In this document: piece after piece, positions 1 to 7,660 of the stretch
Layout: the number at the start of each line of letters is the position of its first letter
Numbering within the stretch: position 1 is the stretch's first letter
Assembly (NCBI GenBank): GCA_000431795.1
Contig: FR887368.1
Location: forward strand, 90,291 to 154,290
DNA from: Clostridium sp. CAG:302
GTDB lineage: Bacteria; Bacillota_I; Bacilli_A; RF39; UBA660
Length of the DNA: 64,000 nt
Direction of reading: 5' to 3'
Notes under the pieces: model-generated
Told to the model about the DNA's origin: nothing
What the model saw: only the letters and a program-made list of their open reading frames with translations
Database searches by the model: none
Translations under genes and position numbers: made by a program

Positions 1-592
1 CATCTAATTTAACCCAATTCTTAGTAAAATATTCTTCTTTTAAAGATTCACTAACTGCAGTACTAATACTATTAATAATTACTTTATAATCATCATTAGT
101 CATACTTTTCTTTTCACTATTATCTTCTTTTTTGTTTTCGATTTTTATATACTTACTATATAAATCACTTGAAGATAAATATATATTATTATCTTCTATA
201 TAAGTATTAATATTTATTAATTTATCTCCATAATAGTTAGTACTAATATCTATATTAGTGATGTTTTCTTTAGTATCAATGCCATAATTCATACTAAAGT
301 CTAAATTATTTAATATTTTAAATATCTTTTCCTCTTTATCAGTAGTATCTCCATTTACATTTAAAGAAAGACTACCACTAGTAGAATTATTTTTACCTAT
401 ATTTTCTTCTAACTCATTAAAATAATCATTCATAAATATTTTAATATTATTTCTTGAAGCTAAATAATATTTACCTCCAAAGAATGCTAAACCTAATAAT
501 GCAATAATTACAAATATAACTACTACTACCGGGGCTATACTACCTCTATTAGCATTTCTTAATTCTTTTTCTGTAAAAAAACTATCATCCAT
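1..592 (-). CDS. membrane-anchored protein of unknown function (N-terminal part; ORF runs off the left edge)
   Basis: ATG at 592 preceded by GGAGTGG. I checked the frame by hand and it stays open to position 2. MDDSFFTEKELRNANRGS is followed by one hydrophobic helix IAPVVVVIFVIIALLGLAFFGG. It is absent from the ORF track because no stop lies in the window. Confidence 0.5.
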   Translation of the reverse strand, partial: MDDSFFTEKELRNANRGSIAPVVVVIFVIIALLGLAFFGGKYYLASRNNIKIFMNDYFNELEENIGKNNSTSGSLSLNVNGDTTDKEEKIFKILNNLDFSMNYGIDTKENITNIDISTNYYGDKLININTYIEDNNIYLSSSDLYSKYIKIENKKEDNSEKKSMTNDDYKVIINSISTAVSESLKEEYFTKNWVKLD

Positions 593-641
593 ACTTACCA
601 CTCCTTCATATACATATCAAGTATATCATAAAATAACATCA

Positions 642-675
642 AAAAAAAGAAGAAATATTACTTTTCTTCAGTTTT
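642..675 (-). repeat. distal copy of a 34-bp duplication of the rplT 3' end/terminator
   Basis: aaaaaaagaagaaatattacttttcttcagtttt is identical to 2228..2261. Read on the minus strand it is the hairpin GAAGAAA-N7-TTTCTTC plus a U-run, so it also terminates the 715..2058 gene. Confidence 0.85.
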
Positions 676-714
676 GTATCATTGTTTTTTTATTAAGATG
701 TTTTATCTATTACT

Positions 715-2058
715 TTATTTTATTACAATCTGCCATTGACCTGTCTTATTAGAGCCTATTCTGACTATATAGTTACGTTCTATTAATTCCTTCATATTAT
801 ATCTTATCGTTCTTTCTCCAACACCTAATATTCTAGCTAATTCAAGTTGAGTTAAAGTAGAATCATCCAATAATAAATCAATAATTCCTTCTTGTATCTT
901 TGATAATCCTTTAAAATCAATATGATATTTATTCCCACTATCATACTCAAATTGATTTTGATTATATTTTATACTAACTCTTATAAAATGTGGGAAAAAG
1001 TGATAAACATCTTTATTATATTTTTTTAAAATTTTTCTAACACCTGTTCCTAAATGTTCAACAAGCTTTAAATCTCTGAATACACGCATCAATTCCGGAT
1101 TTTTAGGAGCCGAATATCCCTCCAAAAACTCATCTTCGGTAAATTCACTTTGTATACCACCGAATGAAGAAACTTCTAATCTATCACTAAAAAGCTCGAA
1201 TTTAGGAGGATATTCAGTAGTCCAATCATTGTGTACCAAAGCGTTTATAATAACTTCCCTTACTGCATTATAATCATACATTGGTTGTTCTTTTCTCTCT
1301 GGATATGTTATTTTAGTAAATATTTTATTTTCTACTCTAAACTTTTCCAGCACACGATTTGTCGCCTTTATTAATGAGCAATAACCGAATTCATAATTTT
1401 CCATTAATTCATCAACGTCAGTACCAACATACTTAGCCACTTTGATAGATATAGTGTTTTCATCAGCTAAAAGATATGCTAAATAATTATATTTATTATC
1501 AAAGGTAAAAAAATTCAATTGTTTTTCAAAATTACTTCCAACATCAAAGCCTTTTTCTTTATAGTATATTTTTAAGTCTGTAAAAGTTAAGTTTTGATTA
1601 GGTGAAACAATATTTTTTATCGAGTTTTTTGTTCTTTCTTTAAACATTTCACTTATTAAATAATCACTCATTTTTTCATTAGAACTTCCCACTCTGATAA
1701 AGCAGCTATCAGAAGTCATTCCCATTCCCTTTATATGGTAAGGCTTTTCTAAACCTCTTGCTATGATTATTTTTAAATATTTTTTATTATCTTTTTCTAA
1801 AATTTCCAAATCAAATAATCCTAAAGCAGATGGTTCTATATTAGAAATAATTCTATCCTTAACTTTTCTTTGCAGCAAATCTAAATTGCCATTTAAACCT
1901 ATGATTTTTCCCTTATCATTGATTCCAAGGTAAATTATGCCACCATCTTTACTATTTAAAAACGCAATTATAGTTTCTTCCAAATTGTCCACCATCTTTA
2001 TTTTAAACTCAATTCTTGAACTTTCAATTAAATCTAACACCATGTACCTCCTTAACAT
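715..2058 (-). CDS. AlbA_2 (Schlafen-like) DNA-binding domain protein with ATPase-like middle region and C-terminal winged-HTH
   Basis: N-terminus ESSRIEFKIKMVDNLEETIIAFLNSKDGGIIYLGINDKGKIIGL is typical of AlbA_2 domains. The C-terminus LTQLELARILGVGERTIRYNMKELIERNYIVRIGSNKTG is HTH-like. RBS AAGGAGG lies upstream of the ATG. Confidence 0.7.
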   Translation of the reverse strand: MLRRYMVLDLIESSRIEFKIKMVDNLEETIIAFLNSKDGGIIYLGINDKGKIIGLNGNLDLLQRKVKDRIISNIEPSALGLFDLEILEKDNKKYLKIIIARGLEKPYHIKGMGMTSDSCFIRVGSSNEKMSDYLISEMFKERTKNSIKNIVSPNQNLTFTDLKIYYKEKGFDVGSNFEKQLNFFTFDNKYNYLAYLLADENTISIKVAKYVGTDVDELMENYEFGYCSLIKATNRVLEKFRVENKIFTKITYPERKEQPMYDYNAVREVIINALVHNDWTTEYPPKFELFSDRLEVSSFGGIQSEFTEDEFLEGYSAPKNPELMRVFRDLKLVEHLGTGVRKILKKYNKDVYHFFPHFIRVSIKYNQNQFEYDSGNKYHIDFKGLSKIQEGIIDLLLDDSTLTQLELARILGVGERTIRYNMKELIERNYIVRIGSNKTGQWQIVIK

Positions 2059-2079
2059 AATTTATATTATTTATTATAT

Positions 2080-2115
2080 GCCGGTTATTTTGCCGGTTAT
2101 TTTGCCGGTTAATTA
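2080..2115 (-). repeat. three tandem 12-bp repeats (gccggttatttt x2 plus degenerate third copy) in the promoter/operator region of the AlbA_2 gene
   Basis: Read directly at 2080..2091, 2092..2103 and 2104..2115. They are locally GC-rich and sit 22-57 nt upstream of the start codon, abutting a TATAAT box on the minus strand. Confidence 0.8.
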
Positions 2116-2227
2116 TTTGTACTAACTCGCAAAGCACAGCTATAATAAATATTTTTTAATTGTACAATTTATTGTATCAATTTTATAAAATATGTCAACA
2201 GAATACCACAATTTCCCAAAATTGTAT

Positions 2228-2261
2228 AAAAAAAGAAGAAATATTACTTTTCTTCAGTTTT
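2228..2261 (-). terminator. rplT intrinsic terminator overlapping the stop codon (proximal copy of the 34-bp duplication)
   Basis: On the minus strand: GAAGAAA AGTAATA TTTCTTC followed by TTTTTTT. The rplT stop codon lies in the loop. Identical to 642..675. Confidence 0.8.
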
Positions 2262-2741
2262 CTTAGTACTTTTAGTAGTTGTTTTTTTAGCAGCTGGTTT
2301 CTTTTCACTAGCAGCCTTTTTAGCAGTAGTCTTAGTTTCTTTAACTTCTTCTTTAACTACTACTTTCTTTGGAGTATAAGTTTTACCATTTAATGCATCT
2401 TTAGCAATTACTACTAAATCAGCAAATGCTTTAGGATTATCTATAGCTAATTCACTAAGCATTTTTCTATTAACAGTAACTCCTGCTTTATTTAATCCAT
2501 CAATAAATCTAGAGTAAGAGATTTCATTTTCTCTACATCCAGCATTGATTCTTGTGATCCATAATTTTCTAAAGTTTCTCTTGTTTTGCTTTCTATCTCT
2601 AAATGCATAAACTCCAGAATGCATAACTTGCTCATGAGCAGTTTTATATAATCTATGTTTACTACCAAAGTAACCTTTTGCTTCTTTTAAAACTTTTTTT
2701 CTTCTAGCACGTGCAACAGTGCCACCTTTAACTCTTGTCAT
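2244..2741 (-). CDS. rplT: 50S ribosomal protein L20 with a ~47-aa Lys/Thr/Glu-rich C-terminal extension
   Basis: [42 protein letters not shown] is canonical L20. It sits in the infC-rpmI-rplT order. The tail [43 protein letters not shown] is additional. Confidence 0.95.
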   Translation of the reverse strand: MTRVKGGTVARARRKKVLKEAKGYFGSKHRLYKTAHEQVMHSGVYAFRDRKQNKRNFRKLWITRINAGCRENEISYSRFIDGLNKAGVTVNRKMLSELAIDNPKAFADLVVIAKDALNGKTYTPKKVVVKEEVKETKTTAKKAASEKKPAAKKTTTKSTKKTEEK

Positions 2742-2751
2742 TACTATCCTC

Positions 2752-2955
2752 CTATATTATATCTTTAATTCTCTTGTAGTCTGCTTTAGAAAGAGCTGTA
2801 CCTTTCTTCTTACTACTTGCTCTAGCAGCACTATTCTTACCAGTATTATGAAGTGTTCCTTGTCTTGATTTACTAATAGAACCACTTTGTCTAATATTTA
2901 ATACTTTTTTTGTTCCCTTATGTGTCTTCATTTTATTCTTCTTAACTTTAGTCAT
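2752..2955 (-). CDS. rpmI: 50S ribosomal protein L35
   Basis: 67-aa basic protein, [27 protein letters not shown]..., located between infC and rplT. Confidence 0.9.
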   Translation of the reverse strand: MTKVKKNKMKTHKGTKKVLNIRQSGSISKSRQGTLHNTGKNSAARASSKKKGTALSKADYKRIKDII

Positions 2956-2967
2956 AATATCCTCCTT

Positions 2968-3489
2968 CTATTTTTTAGGTGCAAGCATCATATACATAGT
3001 TCTACCTTCTATTTTAGGTTTAGTTTCTATGTCTGATACATCACTAACTTTTTCATAAAATCTATCTAGAACTTCTTTAGCAAGTTCTGGATGAGCAATT
3101 TGTCTTCCTTTAAATCTAATACTTGCTTTTACTTTATTACCTTTTTCAAAAGCTTTTCTAGCGTTATTTACTCTAGTATTAAAATCATGAATATCAATAT
3201 TAACTGATAATCTAAACTCTTTAGTTTCGATCATAGTTTCTCTTTGTTTTTTCTGAGCTTCTTTAGTTTTCTTTTTCTTCTCATACTTAAACTTATTATA
3301 GTCCATAATTTTACATACTGGCATATTACCAGAATCACTCATAAGTACTAAATCAAAGCCGGCATAACCTGCTAATGTTAATGCATCTTGTTTAGACTTA
3401 ACTCCTAATTGTTCTCCATTAGGTCCAATTACCATCATTTCCTTACATCTAATTTGTTCGTTGATAGGATTATCCTTTAAAGTAGCTAT
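2968..3489 (-). CDS. infC: translation initiation factor IF-3, probable non-canonical ATA start
   Basis: INEQIRCKEMMVIGPNGEQLGV and the C-terminal domain are typical of IF-3. GGAGGTG lies 6 nt upstream of the in-frame ATA at 3489. The track's upstream ATG (3531) lies inside a terminator hairpin. IF-3 genes classically use AUU/AUA-type starts for autoregulation. Confidence 0.85.
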   Translation of the reverse strand: MATLKDNPINEQIRCKEMMVIGPNGEQLGVKSKQDALTLAGYAGFDLVLMSDSGNMPVCKIMDYNKFKYEKKKKTKEAQKKQRETMIETKEFRLSVNIDIHDFNTRVNNARKAFEKGNKVKASIRFKGRQIAHPELAKEVLDRFYEKVSDVSDIETKPKIEGRTMYMMLAPKK

Positions 3490-3502
3490 AGCTAACACCT
3501 CC

Positions 3503-3636
3503 AAAAAAATGAATACTAAAGAAGTATTCATTTATCTATAAAAAGCTAATTAAAAATATAATGTATATTCTAGGTTGGCTTTTTACCTATTACTATGTGT
3601 AATCAGGTGAGATAAATATAATCTTCTTTCCGTTTC
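3503..3636 (-). promoter_or_regulatory. L20-leader-like 5' UTR with terminator/attenuator hairpin immediately before the infC RBS
   Basis: A ~145-nt leader lies between the promoter and infC. The hairpin AATGAATACT-TCTTT-AGTATTCATT plus TTTTTT (3503..3532) sits directly upstream of GGAGGTG. This matches the known L20-mediated attenuation arrangement in Firmicutes. The L20-binding fold itself was not verified. Confidence 0.5.
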
Positions 3637-3642
3637 TAGTTA

Positions 3643-3671
3643 ATTATATTATATACTTATCTAAAAGTCAA
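3643..3671 (-). promoter_or_regulatory. sigma-A type promoter of the infC-rpmI-rplT operon
   Basis: TTGACT - 17 nt - TATAAT read on the minus strand. Confidence 0.65.
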
Positions 3672-3701
3672 CCAATTTTTATATTTTTTCTTTATTTTAT
3701 G

Positions 3702-3805
3702 CACTATAAGCCTTATTCTAAGTCTTATTAGTGTTAGATTAAGCCTTAAAAGTCTTAATCTAATGTATCTACATACCTATTATATATAAGCATAGTATAT
3801 ATACT
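3702..3805 (+). repeat. composite intergenic repeat: two hairpins with CCT..AGT loops plus a CTATTATATATAAGCA box (copy a)
   Basis: Hairpin 3702..3733 has stem CACTATAAG/CTTATTAGTG and loop CCTTATTCTAAGT. Hairpin 3734..3763 has stem TTAGATTAAG/CTTAATCTAA and loop CCTTAAAAGT. The box lies at 3777..3792. Same architecture as 27705..27805 and 34838..34930. Confidence 0.7.
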
Positions 3806-3920
3806 AAGATATTATTTATTAATTAAATATGGATTATCACTTGTTCCAGTACCTCCTACTATAGCTATTAATACTAAGAGTGATATACCAGTTATTAAAA
3901 ATATTTTCTTTTTTTATCCA

Positions 3921-4478
3921 TTACTTATCGCCACTCTTTATATCCATGCTTATATGTCCTTTATATACACTAGATAGTATTTCATTTTGATTTTGTTCAG
4001 TAACTAAATTACCATCTAACCATATATATACTGTTATTGTTTTTACTGTAGTGGTTATTGGTATATCTTTATATATTTCTATACTTTCAGCACTTGATAC
4101 TATTCCACTACCAACTGGAGTAGTACCATCTAATACTTGGTATTTTAATAATTTACCACTTAACAATGTACTTGAAGTTACGCTAGTATCGGTATTTAAA
4201 TATAATGTACCAGTACCATTAGTTATAGTACAAGTATCTTTTAAATTAACCTTTATTACTGAAGATAATCCTTCAGTATAAGTACTTGCTAACACAAAAT
4301 TAGCAGGATTACTATCACTACCTATATCTTGTCCTTTAACATAATTAACATCAAAACATTCACTGGTACCTGATATATTTACTACGCCGCTAAAAGTATA
4401 TACTGCATAAGTTACCGCTACTGATAGAATTATGATTACTGAAACTATAATAATACTATATATTACTTTCTTCTTCAT
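3921..4478 (-). CDS. small secreted/anchored protein, SipW-class-like N-terminal signal (paralog of 4480..5037)
   Basis: KKKVIYSIIIVSVIIILSVAVTYAVYTFSG, then SECFDV..., DTCTITNGTG and a C-terminal ITVYIWLDGNLV motif shared with 4480..5037 and 21306..23309. The likely start is the ATG at 4478 behind AGGTGAG; the track start at 4487 is a GTG. Confidence 0.6.
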   Translation of the reverse strand: MKKKVIYSIIIVSVIIILSVAVTYAVYTFSGVVNISGTSECFDVNYVKGQDIGSDSNPANFVLASTYTEGLSSVIKVNLKDTCTITNGTGTLYLNTDTSVTSSTLLSGKLLKYQVLDGTTPVGSGIVSSAESIEIYKDIPITTTVKTITVYIWLDGNLVTEQNQNEILSSVYKGHISMDIKSGDK

Positions 4479-4479
4479 A

Positions 4480-5037
4480 CTAATCACTCACCTGTTCTAC
4501 ACTAGCGGTTATATTACCATAATAACTTGAAAAAGCATCTTCATTTTGTACTAAATCATTACTTATCCATACATATACCGTATAATTATCGGCATCACTT
4601 ATGCTACTTACTTTCTTTAGTGTACCTACATTTATACTTTTAGTACCTGAACTAGTAATATTGCCTTCAGTTAATTTAGTACCATTTTTTAATACTACAT
4701 AATTAAGAAGTCCTGTTCTATATAAATTACTACTTGTGGTATCTAGAGTATTTAATTTGATTATACCAGTACCACTTACATTAGTACAGGTACTGCTAAA
4801 ACCTATTTTAACAGTAGACGATAATCCTCCGGTATAATCATTCGAAGGCATTAATGTAGCAGTATTTTGATCACTACCTATATCTGTTCCTTTAGCATAT
4901 AAAACATTAAAACATTCACTATTACCAGTAGTATTAATCTTTCCACTAGTCCAAGTAATATAAGCAAAAGTAATACCTACTACTGCAATAATAACTATAA
5001 CTACAATTAATATACTTGTAGTAATTTTACTCTTCAT
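4480..5037 (-). CDS. small secreted/anchored protein, SipW-class-like N-terminal signal (paralog of 3921..4478)
   Basis: KSKITTSILIVVIVIIAVVGITFAYITWTSG, SECFNV, STCTNVSGTG, YTVYVWISNDLV. Its stop lies 1 nt before the next gene's ATG. Confidence 0.6.
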   Translation of the reverse strand: MKSKITTSILIVVIVIIAVVGITFAYITWTSGKINTTGNSECFNVLYAKGTDIGSDQNTATLMPSNDYTGGLSSTVKIGFSSTCTNVSGTGIIKLNTLDTTSSNLYRTGLLNYVVLKNGTKLTEGNITSSGTKSINVGTLKKVSSISDADNYTVYVWISNDLVQNEDAFSSYYGNITASVEQVSD

Positions 5038-5091
5038 AATCATCACCATATCCTACATATAAATATTATCATATTTTTATATATAATTCAA

Positions 5092-5121
5092 GAAAAAAAA
5101 AGAAGATTTATTTTTCTTCTT
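5092..5121 (-). terminator. cotE intrinsic terminator overlapping the stop codon
   Basis: On the minus strand: AAGAAGA-loop-TCTTCTT followed by a long U-run. Confidence 0.65.
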
Positions 5122-5647
5122 TAATATAGTTAGGATCAACATTATCATCTATTTCTTTCATAGTATCATCAGTTACATCTTCTGGTATTTCATCCCATGG
5201 TTCTTCATCTTCTTCAATAGCAATTTTAACCTTAGTATCACCAACTATCTCAACACCTAATTCTTTTTCAATATCAATAACTATAGTATTATCTTTCTCT
5301 TTAGCGGATATACAACTAGGTTGTTTTAAACTTCTTACTATAATATCTTTACTTGAAGAATCAGTAGTTTCTTTTTGGGCTACTGTTACCATTTCTTTAT
5401 ATGGTATATTTTTAGTTATAACAGATGTCTTAGTATCATTATCATAAGAATACCATAAATTTACATCAAAAGAACCATCTATTTCTATTCTATCATCTAC
5501 TTCTTTACCAGAAAATCTATGATTTATTACCCAACATCCAAGCACAGTATTAGGTTTACTATCAGTATTTATAGTATAGGTATTTCTATAATACTTTTTA
5601 CCTTTACCTACTACTGCTTTTGTTACTATTTCTTTATATGCAGACAA
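5108..5647 (-). CDS. cotE: outer spore coat morphogenetic protein CotE
   Basis: MSAYKEIVTKAVVGKGKKY...GCWVINHRF...DVNLWYSY... plus an acidic C-terminus closely parallels B. subtilis CotE as I remember it (MSEYREIITKAVVAKGRKF...INHKY...INVWYSY...). Confidence 0.85.
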   Translation of the reverse strand: MSAYKEIVTKAVVGKGKKYYRNTYTINTDSKPNTVLGCWVINHRFSGKEVDDRIEIDGSFDVNLWYSYDNDTKTSVITKNIPYKEMVTVAQKETTDSSSKDIIVRSLKQPSCISAKEKDNTIVIDIEKELGVEIVGDTKVKIAIEEDEEPWDEIPEDVTDDTMKEIDDNVDPNYIKEEK

Positions 5648-5715
5648 AAGATATCACCCCTCACAATAATTTATGTTGCATATAAGAAAAAAGTACCACT
5701 TTTTATAGTAATACT

Positions 5716-6432
5716 TTATAATTTACTAAATACATTACCTAATTTATCATTTATGACAAGAGTACATCTATCATCATAACTAGTTTTATCTTTGTTAATA
5801 AGAACTAAATTACTACCATGAAAATAATCTATCAAATAAGCTGCTGGAAAAACTGTTAATGAAGTACCACCAATTATCATAGTATCAGCTTCTTTAATTA
5901 ATTTAATAGCTTCATTCCATACATCTTCCGGAAGTGATTCATTATATAATACTACATTAGGTTTTATAATACTACCACAAGTACATCTAGGTATATCTTT
6001 AGAATCAAATACATAATTAGCATCATAATATTTATGACATTTAATACAATAATTATCCATAATACTACCATGTAATTCTAATACTTTCTTACTACCTGCC
6101 TTACTATGTAATCCATCAATATTTTGTGTAATTACACCAAGTAATTTACCCTCTTTTTCTAACTCACTTAAATAATAATGAGTAACATTAGGCTTATAAT
6201 TTAAACTATTCATCTTATCTTTATAAAATTTATAAAATTCTTCAGTATCATCATAAAAGAAACTATGACTAAGTATTAATTCGGGTGGATAATCGTACTT
6301 CATATTATATAAGCCATCTTTACTTCTAAAGTCAGGTATTCCACTTTCAGTAGATACTCCTGCTCCTCCAAAAAATACTATTTTCTTACTATTATTTATT
6401 ATGTCTTTTAATTTATTAATTTTGTCTTCCAT
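5716..6432 (-). CDS. cobB: NAD-dependent protein deacylase (Sir2 family)
   Basis: GAGVSTESGIPDFRS, TQNIDGLH, and the zinc ribbon CIKC...CTCG. Confidence 0.9.
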   Translation of the reverse strand: MEDKINKLKDIINNSKKIVFFGGAGVSTESGIPDFRSKDGLYNMKYDYPPELILSHSFFYDDTEEFYKFYKDKMNSLNYKPNVTHYYLSELEKEGKLLGVITQNIDGLHSKAGSKKVLELHGSIMDNYCIKCHKYYDANYVFDSKDIPRCTCGSIIKPNVVLYNESLPEDVWNEAIKLIKEADTMIIGGTSLTVFPAAYLIDYFHGSNLVLINKDKTSYDDRCTLVINDKLGNVFSKL

Positions 6433-6509
6433 CTTACTTCACCAATAATATTATACTATGATAAATACTTACTTACAATAATTTGTTATGACTTAAAGTA
6501 TAACAAATA

Positions 6510-7175
6510 TTACTTAATTAAATCATCATTTCTAATTATAAATATATTTTTATCTTTATAAAAGGCAAAGAATACATCTTCAATATTTATATTTTTTTTA
6601 TCTAAAAAGTTATATACCCATTTTTTATCTTTCTTTAAATGTTTGATTGTATCTTCTTGTATATTACCATCTAATATTATAGGAAGTGGTAATGGGCTCT
6701 TACCATTTTCATAAGGAAATATAGATAAGGTACCACTACTTTCTAATATAGCATATTCTACTTCTTCAATACTTCTATAACCTTTATCTCTCAATTGTAC
6801 CAATAAATCATCTAAATTATATCTTTGTTTTAACATCTCATTATAATTAATTTTACCATTCTTAATAATAACTGAAGGATTACCATCTAAAAATATTCTA
6901 AACTTAGGTTTTTTTAAACCAATATATGATAATATACACTGAAGTAATACTAATATTACTATTGGTACTAAAGAATATAAAATAGATTCCTTATAATTTT
7001 CTATACTAATTATAGTAAGTTCTGCAATTAGTAAAGATACAATTAAATCAATAATACTAAGTTGTCCTAGTTCTCTTTTACCCATTATTCTATATATTAG
7101 AAATATAAAGAAATAAAAAAATACTGTTCTAATCATAACTATATACATATTATCACCATTACCATTATGTACCAA
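6510..7175 (-). CDS. DUF421 (YetF-like) membrane protein
   Basis: IMGKRELGQLSIIDLIVSLLIAEL and a C-terminal soluble domain typical of DUF421. The true start may be an internal Met (MYIVMIR...). Confidence 0.7.
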   Translation of the reverse strand: MVHNGNGDNMYIVMIRTVFFYFFIFLIYRIMGKRELGQLSIIDLIVSLLIAELTIISIENYKESILYSLVPIVILVLLQCILSYIGLKKPKFRIFLDGNPSVIIKNGKINYNEMLKQRYNLDDLLVQLRDKGYRSIEEVEYAILESSGTLSIFPYENGKSPLPLPIILDGNIQEDTIKHLKKDKKWVYNFLDKKNINIEDVFFAFYKDKNIFIIRNDDLIK

Positions 7176-7219
7176 AGTATATTTTTTTATACAAATACAT
7201 AATATTTATTGGTGATAAT

Positions 7220-7573
7220 ATGCTAATGAATTATTTAAAAAGTTTTATTTGGTCTTTAGGTATCTTTTTATCAAGTATAATAATACTTACTATTTTTAAT
7301 TATTTTAATATTCTAAATGGAACTATACTTAAAGTATTAGAATTATTTATACCATTAATTTCTATATTTATAGGTAGTTATAAATTAGGAAAAACTTCTA
7401 ATCAAAAGGGATATATTGAAGGATTAAAGTATAGTGGTATATGGATAATAATATTTTTATTATTTAACATAATTACTAAAAATATTACTTTAATAGGAAT
7501 ATTATATTTAATATTAATGATATTAATTGGAGTATTTGCAAGTATTCTAGGTATTAATAAAAGAAGAACATAA
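7220..7573 (+). CDS. small multi-pass membrane protein, unknown function
   Basis: 117 aa with 3-4 hydrophobic helices, followed by a plus-strand terminator. One of only four plus-strand genes. Confidence 0.5.
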   Translation: MLMNYLKSFIWSLGIFLSSIIILTIFNYFNILNGTILKVLELFIPLISIFIGSYKLGKTSNQKGYIEGLKYSGIWIIIFLLFNIITKNITLIGILYLILMILIGVFASILGINKRRT

Positions 7574-7575
7574 TT

Positions 7576-7597
7576 AGTGTGCAAAAGCACACTTTTT
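7576..7597 (+). terminator. intrinsic terminator of 7220..7573
   Basis: AGTGTGC-AAAA-GCACACT followed by TTTTT. Confidence 0.75.
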
Positions 7598-7610
7598 AAT
7601 TTTAAGGCAT

Positions 7611-7644
7611 AAAAAAAATATAGTAATTATAATCATTACTATAT
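7611..7644 (-). terminator. intrinsic terminator of 7661..8335
   Basis: 10-bp stem ATATAGTAAT/ATTACTATAT, U-run on the minus strand. Confidence 0.7.
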
Positions 7645-7660
7645 TTTAAATAACATATTA

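Noticed and set aside
2080-2115. CRISPR array or other spacer-repeat structure.
   Set aside because: There are only three directly abutting 12-bp units without spacers. No other regularly spaced repeats were seen anywhere in the window.
1937-2393. Plus-strand ORFs 1937..2125 and 2160..2393 from the track.
   Set aside because: They are antisense to or overlap well-supported minus-strand genes (the AlbA_2 start and the rplT tail). They have low-complexity F/L/S/I-rich translations typical of AT-rich antisense frames and no RBS.
3490-3531. The N-terminal 14 residues of the track's IF-3 ORF (MNTSLVFIFLEVLA).
   Set aside because: This stretch encodes the attenuator hairpin and the RBS itself, and it is not IF-3-like.
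3816-3911. A small signal-peptide-like ORF: MDKKRKYF, a stop, then in the -1 frame IFLITGISLLVLIAIVGGTGTSDNPYLINK, split at an A7 run.
   Set aside because: It needs a frameshift in the homopolymer to make a 36-aa product, has no convincing RBS and has no homolog in the window. It could be a remnant or a phase-variable mini-gene, but the evidence is too thin to call.
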